A stretch of DNA of 64,000 nt, taken from assembly GCA_934663595.1 (NCBI GenBank), contig CAKUKM010000001.1, positions 22,187 through 86,186 on the forward strand, read 5' to 3'. Below are positions 16,626 through 25,562 of this stretch, piece by piece. This DNA is from an uncultured Clostridia bacterium. GTDB taxonomy: Bacteria > Bacillota > Clostridia > Christensenellales > Aristaeellaceae. The translations under genes and the position numbers were made by a program. A model generated the notes under the pieces. The model ran no database searches, was not told the origin of the DNA, and saw only the letters and a list, made by a program, of their open reading frames with translations. How positions within the stretch are numbered: the first letter of the stretch is position 1; the number at the start of each line of letters is the position of its first letter.

Positions 16626-18358
16626 TAGGCTCCCTCCTTTTTATCGGTCTGAGAATAATAGATCTCCTGGTATTCGCGGTTGCTGCGCAGAAGCTCGTCG
16701 TGGGTGCCCACGCCGGTGATTCTGCCGTCGTCGAGCACGACGATCTTGTCCGCGTCGATGACGGACGAAATGCGCTGCGCGATGATGATTTTGGTCGAAT
16801 CCTTCAGGCTCGTCGCAAACGCCTCGCGAATGCGCGCCTCGGTGGCGGTGTCGACCGCGCTGGTCGAGTCGTCCAGAATCAGAATCTTCGGCTTTTTCAG
16901 AAGCGCGCGCGCAATGCACAGGCGCTGCTTCTGGCCGCCGGATACGTTCGAGCCGCCCTGATCGAGCACGTGCTCATAGCCGTCGGCAAACGAGCGAATG
17001 AAGCCGTCCGCCTGCGCGCTCTCGGCCGCCGCGGTCAGCTGCGCGTCCGTCGCCAGATCGTCGCCCCAGCGCAGGTTTTCCTCGATCGTTCCGGAGAAGA
17101 GCACGTTCTTCTGCAGCACCATGCCGACGCCCGTGCGCAGACGATTCAGATTGTAATCGCGCACGTTTACGCCGTCGACCAGAATCTCGCCCTCGTCCGC
17201 ATCGTAGAGGCGCGGAATCATCGAAACCAGCGTGGTTTTGCCGCAGCCGGTCGAGCCGACGACGCCGACCGTTTCGCCGGGATTGATCGTGAGGTTGATG
17301 TTGTCGAGCACCTTCCCGGGGCTGGTCTTGTAATAGCGGAAGGAGACGTTTTTGAATTCGATTTTGCCGGCCGTTACGTCCAGATCGGGGCAGGCGGCGT
17401 TTTCGTCGCTCAAATCGATCTTCTCATCCAGCACCTCCGAAATGCGCTTCGCGCTGGCGAGCGCGCGGGAGCTGTTCATGAAGATCATCGTGAGCATCAT
17501 CAGCGACATCAGGATCTGCGTAATATAGGTAATGAACGACGAAAGATCGCCCACGCTCAGCTGCGTGTTGATCACCATCTTGCCTCCGAACCAGATCACG
17601 GCCAGCGAGGTCAGGTTCATCATCAGCATCATCGCCGGCATCATCGTGACCATGACGTTCAACGCGCTCAGCGTCGTGTTCTTCAAATCCGTGTTCGTCT
17701 CGCGGAAGCGGTCGTTTTCATAGTCCTCGCGCACGAACGATTTGATCACGCGCTCGTTCGTCAGGTCCTCCTGAATGCGGGTGTTGAGCGCATCGATCTT
17801 CTTCTGCGTCTTCTGAAAGCGCGGATATCCGGTGCGGATCACGACGAACTGGATGATCACCAGCAGCGGAATCGTGACCGCCAGCACCTTCGCGAGGTCG
17901 GGGCTCAGCGAAATCGACGCAATCAGCGCGCCGATCAGCATGCCCGGCGAGCGCAGGCACATGCGCATCAGCATGTTGATCATGTTCATGATCTGGGTGA
18001 CGTCGTTCGTCAGGCGCGTGACCAGCGAGCCGGTCGAGAAGCGATCGATATTCGCAAACGAGAACTGCTGGATCTTTGCGTAAACGTCCCTGCGCACGTC
18101 GGCCGCGAAATTGACCGAGGCCTTCGACGCGTAATACGCACCGCCGATGCCGCCGGTCATCATCAGTATGGCTGTGAGCACCATGATCGCGCAGGCAATC
18201 ACGATGTAGGTCACGTTCTGCGTCGCCACGCCCGTATCAATGATCTTCGCGTAAATGCGCGGCAATACGATTTCGCCGATGACCTCGACGATCATGCACA
18301 GCGGCCCGATGATGAAATATTTCGTGTAGGGCCGCGCGTAATGGAGCCATCTTTTCAA
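16625..18358 (-). CDS. ABC exporter, fused permease-ATPase (heterodimer half)
   Basis: TTG start overlapping the marR stop (TTGA), so I shortened the track ORF. GSTGCGKTT, VSGGQKQ, ILILDDSTS. Confidence 0.85.
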   Translation of the reverse strand: MKRWLHYARPYTKYFIIGPLCMIVEVIGEIVLPRIYAKIIDTGVATQNVTYIVIACAIMVLTAILMMTGGIGGAYYASKASVNFAADVRRDVYAKIQQFSFANIDRFSTGSLVTRLTNDVTQIMNMINMLMRMCLRSPGMLIGALIASISLSPDLAKVLAVTIPLLVIIQFVVIRTGYPRFQKTQKKIDALNTRIQEDLTNERVIKSFVREDYENDRFRETNTDLKNTTLSALNVMVTMMPAMMLMMNLTSLAVIWFGGKMVINTQLSVGDLSSFITYITQILMSLMMLTMIFMNSSRALASAKRISEVLDEKIDLSDENAACPDLDVTAGKIEFKNVSFRYYKTSPGKVLDNINLTINPGETVGVVGSTGCGKTTLVSMIPRLYDADEGEILVDGVNVRDYNLNRLRTGVGMVLQKNVLFSGTIEENLRWGDDLATDAQLTAAAESAQADGFIRSFADGYEHVLDQGGSNVSGGQKQRLCIARALLKKPKILILDDSTSAVDTATEARIREAFATSLKDSTKIIIAQRISSVIDADKIVVLDDGRITGVGTHDELLRSNREYQEIYYSQTDKKEGA

Positions 18359-18840
18359 TTTAATGCACTTCCTTTCGCTTCTTCTTCCGCCTCGCAGGCA
18401 CGCAGATTTTGCTGCATGTGCTCCAGGCGCGCGCACAGGGTTTCGATTTCCTCTCGATCGAAGCCCTCGAACACGCGCTGATCCACCGCGTCAAAGGTGC
18501 GGCGCGTATCGTCCATCAGCTTTTTGCCCTTTTCCGAAATGCGCACGCTGTTGCGCCGGAGATCGCTCTTATCGTCGCTGCGCAGCACGTAGCCGTCCTC
18601 CACCAGACTTTTCAAAAGCCGCGTTACGCACGCGGGGCTCACGTCGAACCGCTCGGCGATCTCCTTTTGCGAATGCGGCTCGGTCGATTCGCTCAAAAAC
18701 ATCAGCACCTTCCGCTGGCTGCGGTGCACGCCCGAATCGCCGAATAATCGCTCGATCAGGCGATGATGCATCCGCGAATTGTGAATCAGAAGATCCATCG
18801 CGTGGTGCACCAGCTGCGCCCGATTCCGATCCTGTTCCAT
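18355..18840 (-). CDS. MarR family transcriptional regulator
   Basis: Winged-helix HSQKEIAERFDVSPACVTRLLKSLVEDGYV...RRNSVRISEKG. ATG 18840 preferred (AAGGAAGGAG upstream). The track ORF starts at TTG 18861. Confidence 0.85.
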   Translation of the reverse strand: MEQDRNRAQLVHHAMDLLIHNSRMHHRLIERLFGDSGVHRSQRKVLMFLSESTEPHSQKEIAERFDVSPACVTRLLKSLVEDGYVLRSDDKSDLRRNSVRISEKGKKLMDDTRRTFDAVDQRVFEGFDREEIETLCARLEHMQQNLRACEAEEEAKGSALN

Positions 18841-18867
18841 GCGCTCCTTCCTTTCTTTCAAAATTAT

Positions 18868-18925
18868 TTGACTAGTTGATAATTGACATGTTCTGAATTA
18901 TAGCATGCGATTGCAAATTGCGCAA
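18868..18925 (-). promoter_or_regulatory. marR promoter plus TTGAY direct repeats (candidate MarR box)
   Basis: Minus strand: TTGCGC (18925-18920), 17 nt, TATAAT (18902-18897). On the plus strand TTGAC/TTGAT/TTGAC occur at 18868, 18876 and 18883, in the leader. Confidence 0.45.
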
Positions 18926-19090
18926 CGAGGGGAATTGTAAAAAAACGCGCCCGCAGCGGCGAAATGCAAAAAATTAACATTCAAAAATCCGGAAAAGACA
19001 GAACAAAATGGAACGGACGGGTGTCCAATAGTTGAAGGATGCAAAGAAGCGCCCTTTGCCGAGAGTGAAACGGAAAGGAAGCCGATTGAA

Positions 19091-21145
19091 ATGAAAAAAA
19101 GCCTGATTGCCGCGATCGTCATCTGCCTGCTCGCGCAGCCGGTCTCCGGGGCGTTTGCCGAGGAGAATCTGCCCGTAGCGGTGGAGCAGGCGGTGGAAAC
19201 GGAAACGCCGACCGAGCAGCCGACGGAAAAACCGACGGAAGCGCCGACCGGAGCGCCCACGGAAAAGCCCGACGAGCAGCCGACGGAGCAGCCGACCGAA
19301 AAACCGACGGAGCAGCCCACGGAAAAGCCGACCGAGCAGCCGACGGAAGCGCCCACCGAAAAGCCGACCGAGTCGCCCACGGAGCAGCCGACGACGGCGC
19401 CGACCGAGCAGCCGACGACGGAGCCGACCGCCGCGCCCACGGAAGAACCGATGATTCCGGTTCCGGTCGTTTCCGATAAAAAGGAAATTCCGGAAACGGC
19501 CGAGGCGTGGATGTGCGCGGAGAACGGCTTCGCCTATGGAACGCTCGAGGATCTGATCGCCTGCGCGCAGCCGGGCGGCGAGCTTTTCCTGCATGTGGAA
19601 ACGGCAATGCGCCTGAAGGAAGCGCCGGTGCTGAAGCTGTCGGAGCTCAAATTCAGCCTGGACGAGGACGTTTTTAAGGGCGACGAATGGAAGATTACTT
19701 ATTTACAGGACGATCCGGAGAAGGCCGACGAGCCGCGCGAGCTGGACGCGAAGACGTTCAGGGACGCGAAGGAGGATCTCGTGATGGAGATGTTCATCCG
19801 CGTAGATTCCACGCACGTCGATCCGGAGCCGACGGAGGAGCCGACGATTCAGATTGAGGTTTCGGTCGACGAATACCGTGCCGGCGAATGGAGCCCGGTG
19901 CTGCCGACGTTCACGCTGTCCGGCAAGCCCGATGAAGAGGGCTATTCCTATGCGGTCGTGATTTACGACGAGCGCATCGCGGTGCTGTCCGAGGACGTTT
20001 ACGCCGCGGAAAAGGAGGGCGTGTACACCGTCCGGTTCGCGATTCTGAATGCGAAGGGCGATATCGTCTCCGCGTCCGATCGCTACACGCTCCTGCTGGA
20101 CGAAACGCTGCCCGAGGTTTCCGCGATGGTGGACGAGAGCATGGATTACACGCTGCGGATGAGCGCGAGCGACGCGCTGTCGGGCGTGAAGGAGTTTTCG
20201 ACCGACGGCGGACAGACGTGGACTCCGTTTGCGGACGGCGAGGAATGGGTGTATACCGCGCAGTCGAAGGTCACGGTCGCGCCCGGAATGCTGCAGGTGC
20301 GCGACGCGGCGGGCAACACCTGGCAGAACGACGAGGAATACGTGCTGGATAAGATTCCGTCGTTCCCGGGCGGGGGCGGCGGCGGTGGCGGCGGAGACGG
20401 CAAGAAGAAGCCGGATCACGCCGCAGGCGACAAAAAGGACGAGCCGGATTACGATACGGTGGAGCTCCAGTTCCCCGAGGAACCGATGACGACGCTGCAG
20501 ATGGGTGAAACGGAATTGCCGCTCACGCTGGAGCTGGCTGATCCCGGCAATTTCCAGAAGCCCGCCGATTATGAGGCGAAATTCTCCGCGGCGCTGCGCG
20601 CATGGCCGAAGCCGGCGGAATACGACGCGGACGGCAATCTCATTCCGCCCGAGGAAAATCCCGCGCCGGACACGCTGGTGCTGACCGCGATGGAAGAGGA
20701 CAACATGGGCGACCGCTTCGAATATCGCTGGAAGGTGAACGGCGAGGTGTTCCGCCTGCTCGAGAACAGCGGAATTCAGTATCTCGTATTCAATGTAAAC
20801 GACAACTACGCCGTGTTCCCGACCGCGGGCTTTACCGGCGGCACCGAATACACGACGCTCCGCATGAACGGCTTCTCGGTCAAGAAGTTCGATTATACGA
20901 TTTCGATGAGCGTCAACCTCGATCCCGATCACATTCCGGCGCTTTCCGAAACCGACCTGTCTGTGGACTGCGATATCGCGGTGCTGGTGCAGGCGGACGG
21001 CAGAAAATACGTAATGAGTGCCGAACAGAAGGGCGAGATGTACTTCTATGACGTTACTCTCGGCCCGGCGGAAATGCTGGAAGAGCCGTATGGAGCGTAT
21101 ACGGCGGGTTTAACGCAGATCGAAGATGGGAGGACGGTTGAATGA
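19091..21145 (+). CDS. secreted protein with PT-rich linker, Ig-like region and Gly9-Lys hinge; function unknown
   Basis: 684 aa. Signal peptide MKKSLIAAIVICLLAQPVSGAFA. No LPxTG or TM anchor. Its stop overlaps the next ATG (ATGA). Confidence 0.75.
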   Translation: MKKSLIAAIVICLLAQPVSGAFAEENLPVAVEQAVETETPTEQPTEKPTEAPTGAPTEKPDEQPTEQPTEKPTEQPTEKPTEQPTEAPTEKPTESPTEQPTTAPTEQPTTEPTAAPTEEPMIPVPVVSDKKEIPETAEAWMCAENGFAYGTLEDLIACAQPGGELFLHVETAMRLKEAPVLKLSELKFSLDEDVFKGDEWKITYLQDDPEKADEPRELDAKTFRDAKEDLVMEMFIRVDSTHVDPEPTEEPTIQIEVSVDEYRAGEWSPVLPTFTLSGKPDEEGYSYAVVIYDERIAVLSEDVYAAEKEGVYTVRFAILNAKGDIVSASDRYTLLLDETLPEVSAMVDESMDYTLRMSASDALSGVKEFSTDGGQTWTPFADGEEWVYTAQSKVTVAPGMLQVRDAAGNTWQNDEEYVLDKIPSFPGGGGGGGGGDGKKKPDHAAGDKKDEPDYDTVELQFPEEPMTTLQMGETELPLTLELADPGNFQKPADYEAKFSAALRAWPKPAEYDADGNLIPPEENPAPDTLVLTAMEEDNMGDRFEYRWKVNGEVFRLLENSGIQYLVFNVNDNYAVFPTAGFTGGTEYTTLRMNGFSVKKFDYTISMSVNLDPDHIPALSETDLSVDCDIAVLVQADGRKYVMSAEQKGEMYFYDVTLGPAEMLEEPYGAYTAGLTQIEDGRTVE
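19205..19450 (+). repeat. in-frame 12-nt (PTEx) tandem repeats, about 20 copies
   Basis: TPTEQPTEKPTEAPTGAPTEKPDEQPTEQPTEKPTEQPTEKPTEQPTEAPTEKPTESPTEQPTTAPTEQPTTEPTAAPTEEP. Confidence 0.9.
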
Positions 21146-22260
21146 GAAGGCATACCCGTTTCCTGGCGGCGCTGCTCGCGGCGCTCGCCCTGTCCGTGCC
21201 GGCCAATGCGGCGATCAGCTTTGAGGGCAAGGTCGTTTCCAGCGAGTCGGTCGCGGTGCTTGCGCCGTTCGGCGGACTGACGGATTCCGTTGAGCTGCGC
21301 GCGGGCGATCCGGTGAAGGTCGGCGATCCGGTCGCGACCATTTCCACAACCAAGGTCTACGCGACGGCGGACGGCATGGTCAGCGGCGTGTTTGCGCGCG
21401 AGGGCGATTCCACCGAGGGCATCGTCGAGCGCTATGGCGCGGTGGTCTATATCGAGCCCACCAATCGCTATAAGATCGCCGCGACGACCGAGAAGGCGTA
21501 CAACAGCAGCGACACGAAGTACATTCACATCGGCGAGAAGGTCTATGTCTCCTGCGCGAAGGACGGCACGCACACCGGCACCGCGGTCGTGACCGCCATT
21601 TCCGATGTGGACGAATCCGGCAATACCCCGTACAAGCTCGAGGTGACCGGCGGCGATTTCTACATGGCCGAGACGGTGGGCATTTACCGCAGCCGCGATT
21701 ATTCCGCCGATTCCAGAATCGGCCGCGGAACGATTCAGCAGACGGCGGCGATCGCCGTAAAGGGCTCGGGCAGCGTTCTGAAGATGCATGTTGCCGACGG
21801 CGACAAGGTCGAGCGCGGCGAGCTGCTGTTTGAAACGGTGGACGGCGATCTGGACGGCCTGTACGCAATGGACAACACGATCGTGTCCGCGGTTTCCGGC
21901 GTGGTCGCGTCGGTCGATACCAAGCCCGGCGATTCGGTCTCGAAGGGCGCGAAGCTGATTACCGTGTATCCGGACGGCTCGTTCCAGATCGAGGTCAACG
22001 TTTCCGAAATGGATTTGAATTCCATCCACGAGGGCGATAAGGTTTCGATCGAATTCGAGTTTGACGCCGACGGCGAGCTGCGCCTGGACGGCACGGTCGC
22101 GTCGATCTCGCGCGTGAATATCGCCGAGGAGGGCGCGTCGGCCGCATCGAGCGCGGAATACAGCGCCTATATCAATTTCGAGGAAACCGACCAGGTGCGC
22201 CTGGGCATGTCCGTGATCGTTTACACGCAGGCGGACGAGCCGCTCGACAAGGGCGAATAA
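21142..22260 (+). CDS. HlyD/membrane-fusion-protein-like adaptor lacking a long coiled-coil hairpin
   Basis: 372 aa with an N-terminal signal/anchor. Two lipoyl-like motifs (VLAPFGGLTDSVELRAGDPVKVGDPVATI and VKGSGSVLKMHVADGDKVERGELLFET), then a beta-barrel-like C-terminus. Confidence 0.65.
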   Translation: MRRHTRFLAALLAALALSVPANAAISFEGKVVSSESVAVLAPFGGLTDSVELRAGDPVKVGDPVATISTTKVYATADGMVSGVFAREGDSTEGIVERYGAVVYIEPTNRYKIAATTEKAYNSSDTKYIHIGEKVYVSCAKDGTHTGTAVVTAISDVDESGNTPYKLEVTGGDFYMAETVGIYRSRDYSADSRIGRGTIQQTAAIAVKGSGSVLKMHVADGDKVERGELLFETVDGDLDGLYAMDNTIVSAVSGVVASVDTKPGDSVSKGAKLITVYPDGSFQIEVNVSEMDLNSIHEGDKVSIEFEFDADGELRLDGTVASISRVNIAEEGASAASSAEYSAYINFEETDQVRLGMSVIVYTQADEPLDKGE

Positions 22261-22282
22261 TCATTAAGGGAGTGAAGAAGAA

Positions 22283-24562
22283 ATGAAGAAGCTTTTATGT
22301 ATGCTTCTGTGCCTGATGCTGCTGATTCCCGCGGCGGCGTTTGCGGCGCAGGGCGATGTAACCATGTCCACCACGAGCGGACAGCTCGAACAGTACGGAG
22401 TGGAGAACGGTTTTCGCTCGTTCTGCGCTGCGGGCGACACGCTTTATATGCTGACCTACGACGGCAAGCTCCTGACCCACAAGGTGGGCGACGCGGAGCC
22501 GAAGGTGTATACCTCCGACATGAATCAGGAGAGCGGCGCGGACGAGACCTACTCGTACTATACCCATGCGAACTATTACATGTTTTCGGCGAACGACAAG
22601 GTTTACGTGCTCAAGAGCGTGACGCAGTACAACGGCGAAACGGGCACGGAGAGCGTTACCTCCGCATCGATGAACGAGCTGACGTTCTCCGGCGATCATG
22701 CCGCGCTCAACGCGCTGTTTGACGTGAATATGGAATCGATGCGCACGTCCGAGGGCTACATGCCGTATCTGCAGTATCTCGTGGGCGCGGGCGATTACCT
22801 GGTGATGTATTCCGACGACGGCAGCAGCGCCTCCGCGGGCGTATGGGCCATGAGCCTGACCGACGGCAGCATGAAGCGCATCGACGTAGCGCCCGCCGGC
22901 AATTACCTGATGTCGCTTGCGCTGTATAAGGACAATACGGTGCTGACCCAGATATGGGAAAACAACGGACAGAGCGTGGGCTTCTATGCGATTGATCCCG
23001 CGGCGGGCACGTCCGCGCAGGTTTCGAGCGTTCCGGTGGAGTCGTATGAATCCTTCTCCGGTATTGCGACCGATCAGGCGACGGGCACGGTCTATTGCGT
23101 CAAGGGCGGCGAGATCCGCACGCTGGACGTCATGACCGGCGAAGTAGGCGAGGGCATTACCGATATCGTGGCCGACAACGGCAACGGCTTCATCCTCACC
23201 GGCGGCTTCTATGCGGCGGCGGATTACCAGAGCTATTCGCTGCGCAACATCAATCCCGGCCAGCAGAGCAATCGCAAAATGAAGATCTCATCCTCGAGCT
23301 GGGGAAACAACATTGACGCGGCGTATTATACGTTCGCCAACGCGCACGGCGATGTGTCCGTCGTGTATTCCCACGACTATTCGGAATATGAGAATCTGAT
23401 TCAGGATATGATGAATCGGGATTCCAGCATCGACGTGTACATTCTTTCCACGTCCAATTCGACCTTCTCGGCGCTGTATCAGCGCGGCTATCTCGCGGAC
23501 TTTTCGGACAGCGAAAAGCTCATGCAGCTCGCGAACGCGATTCAGCCGGAGCTCCTCGAGCAGCTCAGCGTAAACGGCCGGTTCAGCGTGCTTCCGGTGA
23601 GCGGATATTTCTATCTGCCGTTTATGAATCGCGCGGCGCTGGAAAAGGCCGGCATTTCGACTGAGGAAATTCCGACCAACTGGGCCGATTTCCTGGAATG
23701 GCTGCCGACGCTCGCGGGCCGTCTGCCCGACGGCATGTCGCTGCTGGATCCGTGGACGAGCGCTTCTGATGCACGCATGTCGATATTCTATCAGATCTTC
23801 CAGTGCTATCAGAACCATCTGGAAAACGATCCGAACAGCGTCAGCGCAAACGACATGGTTTCCATTCTCGAAGCGCTCGATCGCGTGGATTTCAGCGCCC
23901 TCGGCCAGCCGAGCGACGAGCAGATTCGATCCGACAACTATTCGCCGGAATGGAACGAAGAGGGCATCCTGATGGAGCTGAACTCCGGCCGCTCGATCAG
24001 CGGCATGGCCACAAAGTACTATCCGCTGGTCATGAGCCTGAAAAACGGTCTCCCGCACATGCTGACTATGGATGCGGCGGTTGCGATCATCAATCCGTTC
24101 AGCAAGAACGTCGATCTGGCGCTTCAGTTCCTCGAAACGCTGGCGGACAAGATGGAGGACGAGACCGCCTATACGATCCGCACCGACAAGACCGAGCCGA
24201 CTCCGAACAAGTGGTACGAGCAAAACATGCAGGAAATGCAGAAATATGTCGACCAGCTCAAGAAGCAGATCGAGACGGCCGAGGCGGTCAACAAGCAGCA
24301 GCTTGAGGAAACGCTGAAGCAGGCGGAAACTGCGATGAAGGAGATGGAGAGCGATCGCTGGTCGATCTCTGAAGCCGATATCGCATGGATGAGCGAGCAT
24401 CGCGCCGAGCTTGGCCTGGCGGGCGACAACTGGCTTTACAGCGACAATACCGGCGACGGCGCCACGCTGATTCAGCAGTATCTCGACGGCCAGATCGACG
24501 CCAGCCGCCTGATGAAGGAAGTAGACCGCAAGGTGCGCATGCGCATTATGGAAGGCGCATAA
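22283..24562 (+). CDS. oversized extracellular solute-binding protein fusion (N-terminal repeat module + SBP + coiled coil)
   Basis: 759 aa with a signal peptide. The central region resembles sugar-type ABC SBPs (ENLIQDMMNRDSSIDVYIL...RGYLADF...PVSGYFYLPFMNRAALEKAGI). Confidence 0.7.
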   Translation: MKKLLCMLLCLMLLIPAAAFAAQGDVTMSTTSGQLEQYGVENGFRSFCAAGDTLYMLTYDGKLLTHKVGDAEPKVYTSDMNQESGADETYSYYTHANYYMFSANDKVYVLKSVTQYNGETGTESVTSASMNELTFSGDHAALNALFDVNMESMRTSEGYMPYLQYLVGAGDYLVMYSDDGSSASAGVWAMSLTDGSMKRIDVAPAGNYLMSLALYKDNTVLTQIWENNGQSVGFYAIDPAAGTSAQVSSVPVESYESFSGIATDQATGTVYCVKGGEIRTLDVMTGEVGEGITDIVADNGNGFILTGGFYAAADYQSYSLRNINPGQQSNRKMKISSSSWGNNIDAAYYTFANAHGDVSVVYSHDYSEYENLIQDMMNRDSSIDVYILSTSNSTFSALYQRGYLADFSDSEKLMQLANAIQPELLEQLSVNGRFSVLPVSGYFYLPFMNRAALEKAGISTEEIPTNWADFLEWLPTLAGRLPDGMSLLDPWTSASDARMSIFYQIFQCYQNHLENDPNSVSANDMVSILEALDRVDFSALGQPSDEQIRSDNYSPEWNEEGILMELNSGRSISGMATKYYPLVMSLKNGLPHMLTMDAAVAIINPFSKNVDLALQFLETLADKMEDETAYTIRTDKTEPTPNKWYEQNMQEMQKYVDQLKKQIETAEAVNKQQLEETLKQAETAMKEMESDRWSISEADIAWMSEHRAELGLAGDNWLYSDNTGDGATLIQQYLDGQIDASRLMKEVDRKVRMRIMEGA

Positions 24563-24564
24563 AT

Positions 24565-24668
24565 CAAACGGGCGCGCCGGCTGAAGGGAACAGCGCTGCA
24601 CTGCAAATGGAGAAGGGGTTCGCCACATGCGGTGCAGCGGTTCCCGCAAACGGCCCGGGGCGCGTTTG
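24565..24668 (+). other. large imperfect hairpin between the SBP and permease genes
   Basis: Outer arms CAAACG (24565-70) / CGTTTG (24663-68). Inner arms GGGAAC..CTGCAC (24586-) / GTGCAG..GTTCCC (-24645). No U-tract follows. Confidence 0.5.
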
Positions 24669-24694
24669 AATGAAGAAGTAGGGGGAAGACGAGC

Positions 24695-25549
24695 GTGTTT
24701 ACCAGGAAAAAATCGGTATGGCTGTTTCTGCTGCCAGGCCTTGCCGGACTGATGCTGTTTTACGTCGTTCCGTTTCTCGGCGGCATATGGTACAGCTTGA
24801 CGGACGGCACCTATCGAAACGCGTTCGTCGGGCTTCAGAATTACATGAATATCTGGCGGAACGGCATGTTTTTGCTGGGCCTGAAGAACACGATGCTGCT
24901 GTCGCTGATCTGCGCGCCGACGGTGTGGGTGCTGTCGTTCGTGATCGCGGCGCTTTTGAATCGCCTGCGCCCGAACGGCGCGTTTTTCCGAAACAGCATA
25001 TTGCTCCCGTATCTGATGCCGTCGTCGGCGATGCTGCTGATCTGGCTGCTGCTGTTTGATTACGGCGGCGTGATCAACCGGCTGCTTACGTATCTCGGCC
25101 TCGAGCGCGTGATCTGGCTGGAGGGCGCGGAGCTGCGCGTTCCGATCATATTGCTGTTCATCTGGAAAAATCTGGGCTTCGCGGTGATCATTTTCCTCGC
25201 GGCGCTGCAGACGATTCCGGAGCCGCTGTATGAATACGCGCGCCTCGAGGGCGCGAGCTTCATGCGGCAGACGTTTGGGATCACGCTGCCGATGATCGTG
25301 CCGAGCGCGTTCCTGATCATCATTCTGGAATGGATCAACGCGTTCAAGATCTTCAAGGAGGTCTATTTTATCGGCGGCGCGTATCCGGACGAGGCGGTGT
25401 ATACGCTTCAGAATTTCATGAACAACCTTTACAGCAAGCTCAATTATCAGACCGTCACGACCGCGGCGTACAGCTTTGCGATCATCGTGTTCGCGCTGTT
25501 CGGAGCGCTGTTCCTTACGCAGCGCGCGCTGCTGCGCAAGTTCAGTTAG
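24695..25549 (+). CDS. ABC importer permease, MalF-type
   Basis: 284 aa with GTG start. Six hydrophobic segments. EAA loop EYARLEGASFMRQTFGITLP. Confidence 0.85.
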   Translation: MFTRKKSVWLFLLPGLAGLMLFYVVPFLGGIWYSLTDGTYRNAFVGLQNYMNIWRNGMFLLGLKNTMLLSLICAPTVWVLSFVIAALLNRLRPNGAFFRNSILLPYLMPSSAMLLIWLLLFDYGGVINRLLTYLGLERVIWLEGAELRVPIILLFIWKNLGFAVIIFLAALQTIPEPLYEYARLEGASFMRQTFGITLPMIVPSAFLIIILEWINAFKIFKEVYFIGGAYPDEAVYTLQNFMNNLYSKLNYQTVTTAAYSFAIIVFALFGALFLTQRALLRKFS

Positions 25550-25562
25550 GAGGCGGCGCGAG

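Noticed and set aside
19205-19450. Regular short repeats that could be mistaken for a CRISPR array or a non-coding satellite. The same applies to 35980-36180 and 49634-49738.
   Set aside because: Their periods are 12, 42 and 30 nt. They have no unique spacers, lie in-frame inside long ORFs, and encode PTEx, AKKTGTTASKTSTT and MEGDFFGEAD peptide repeats.
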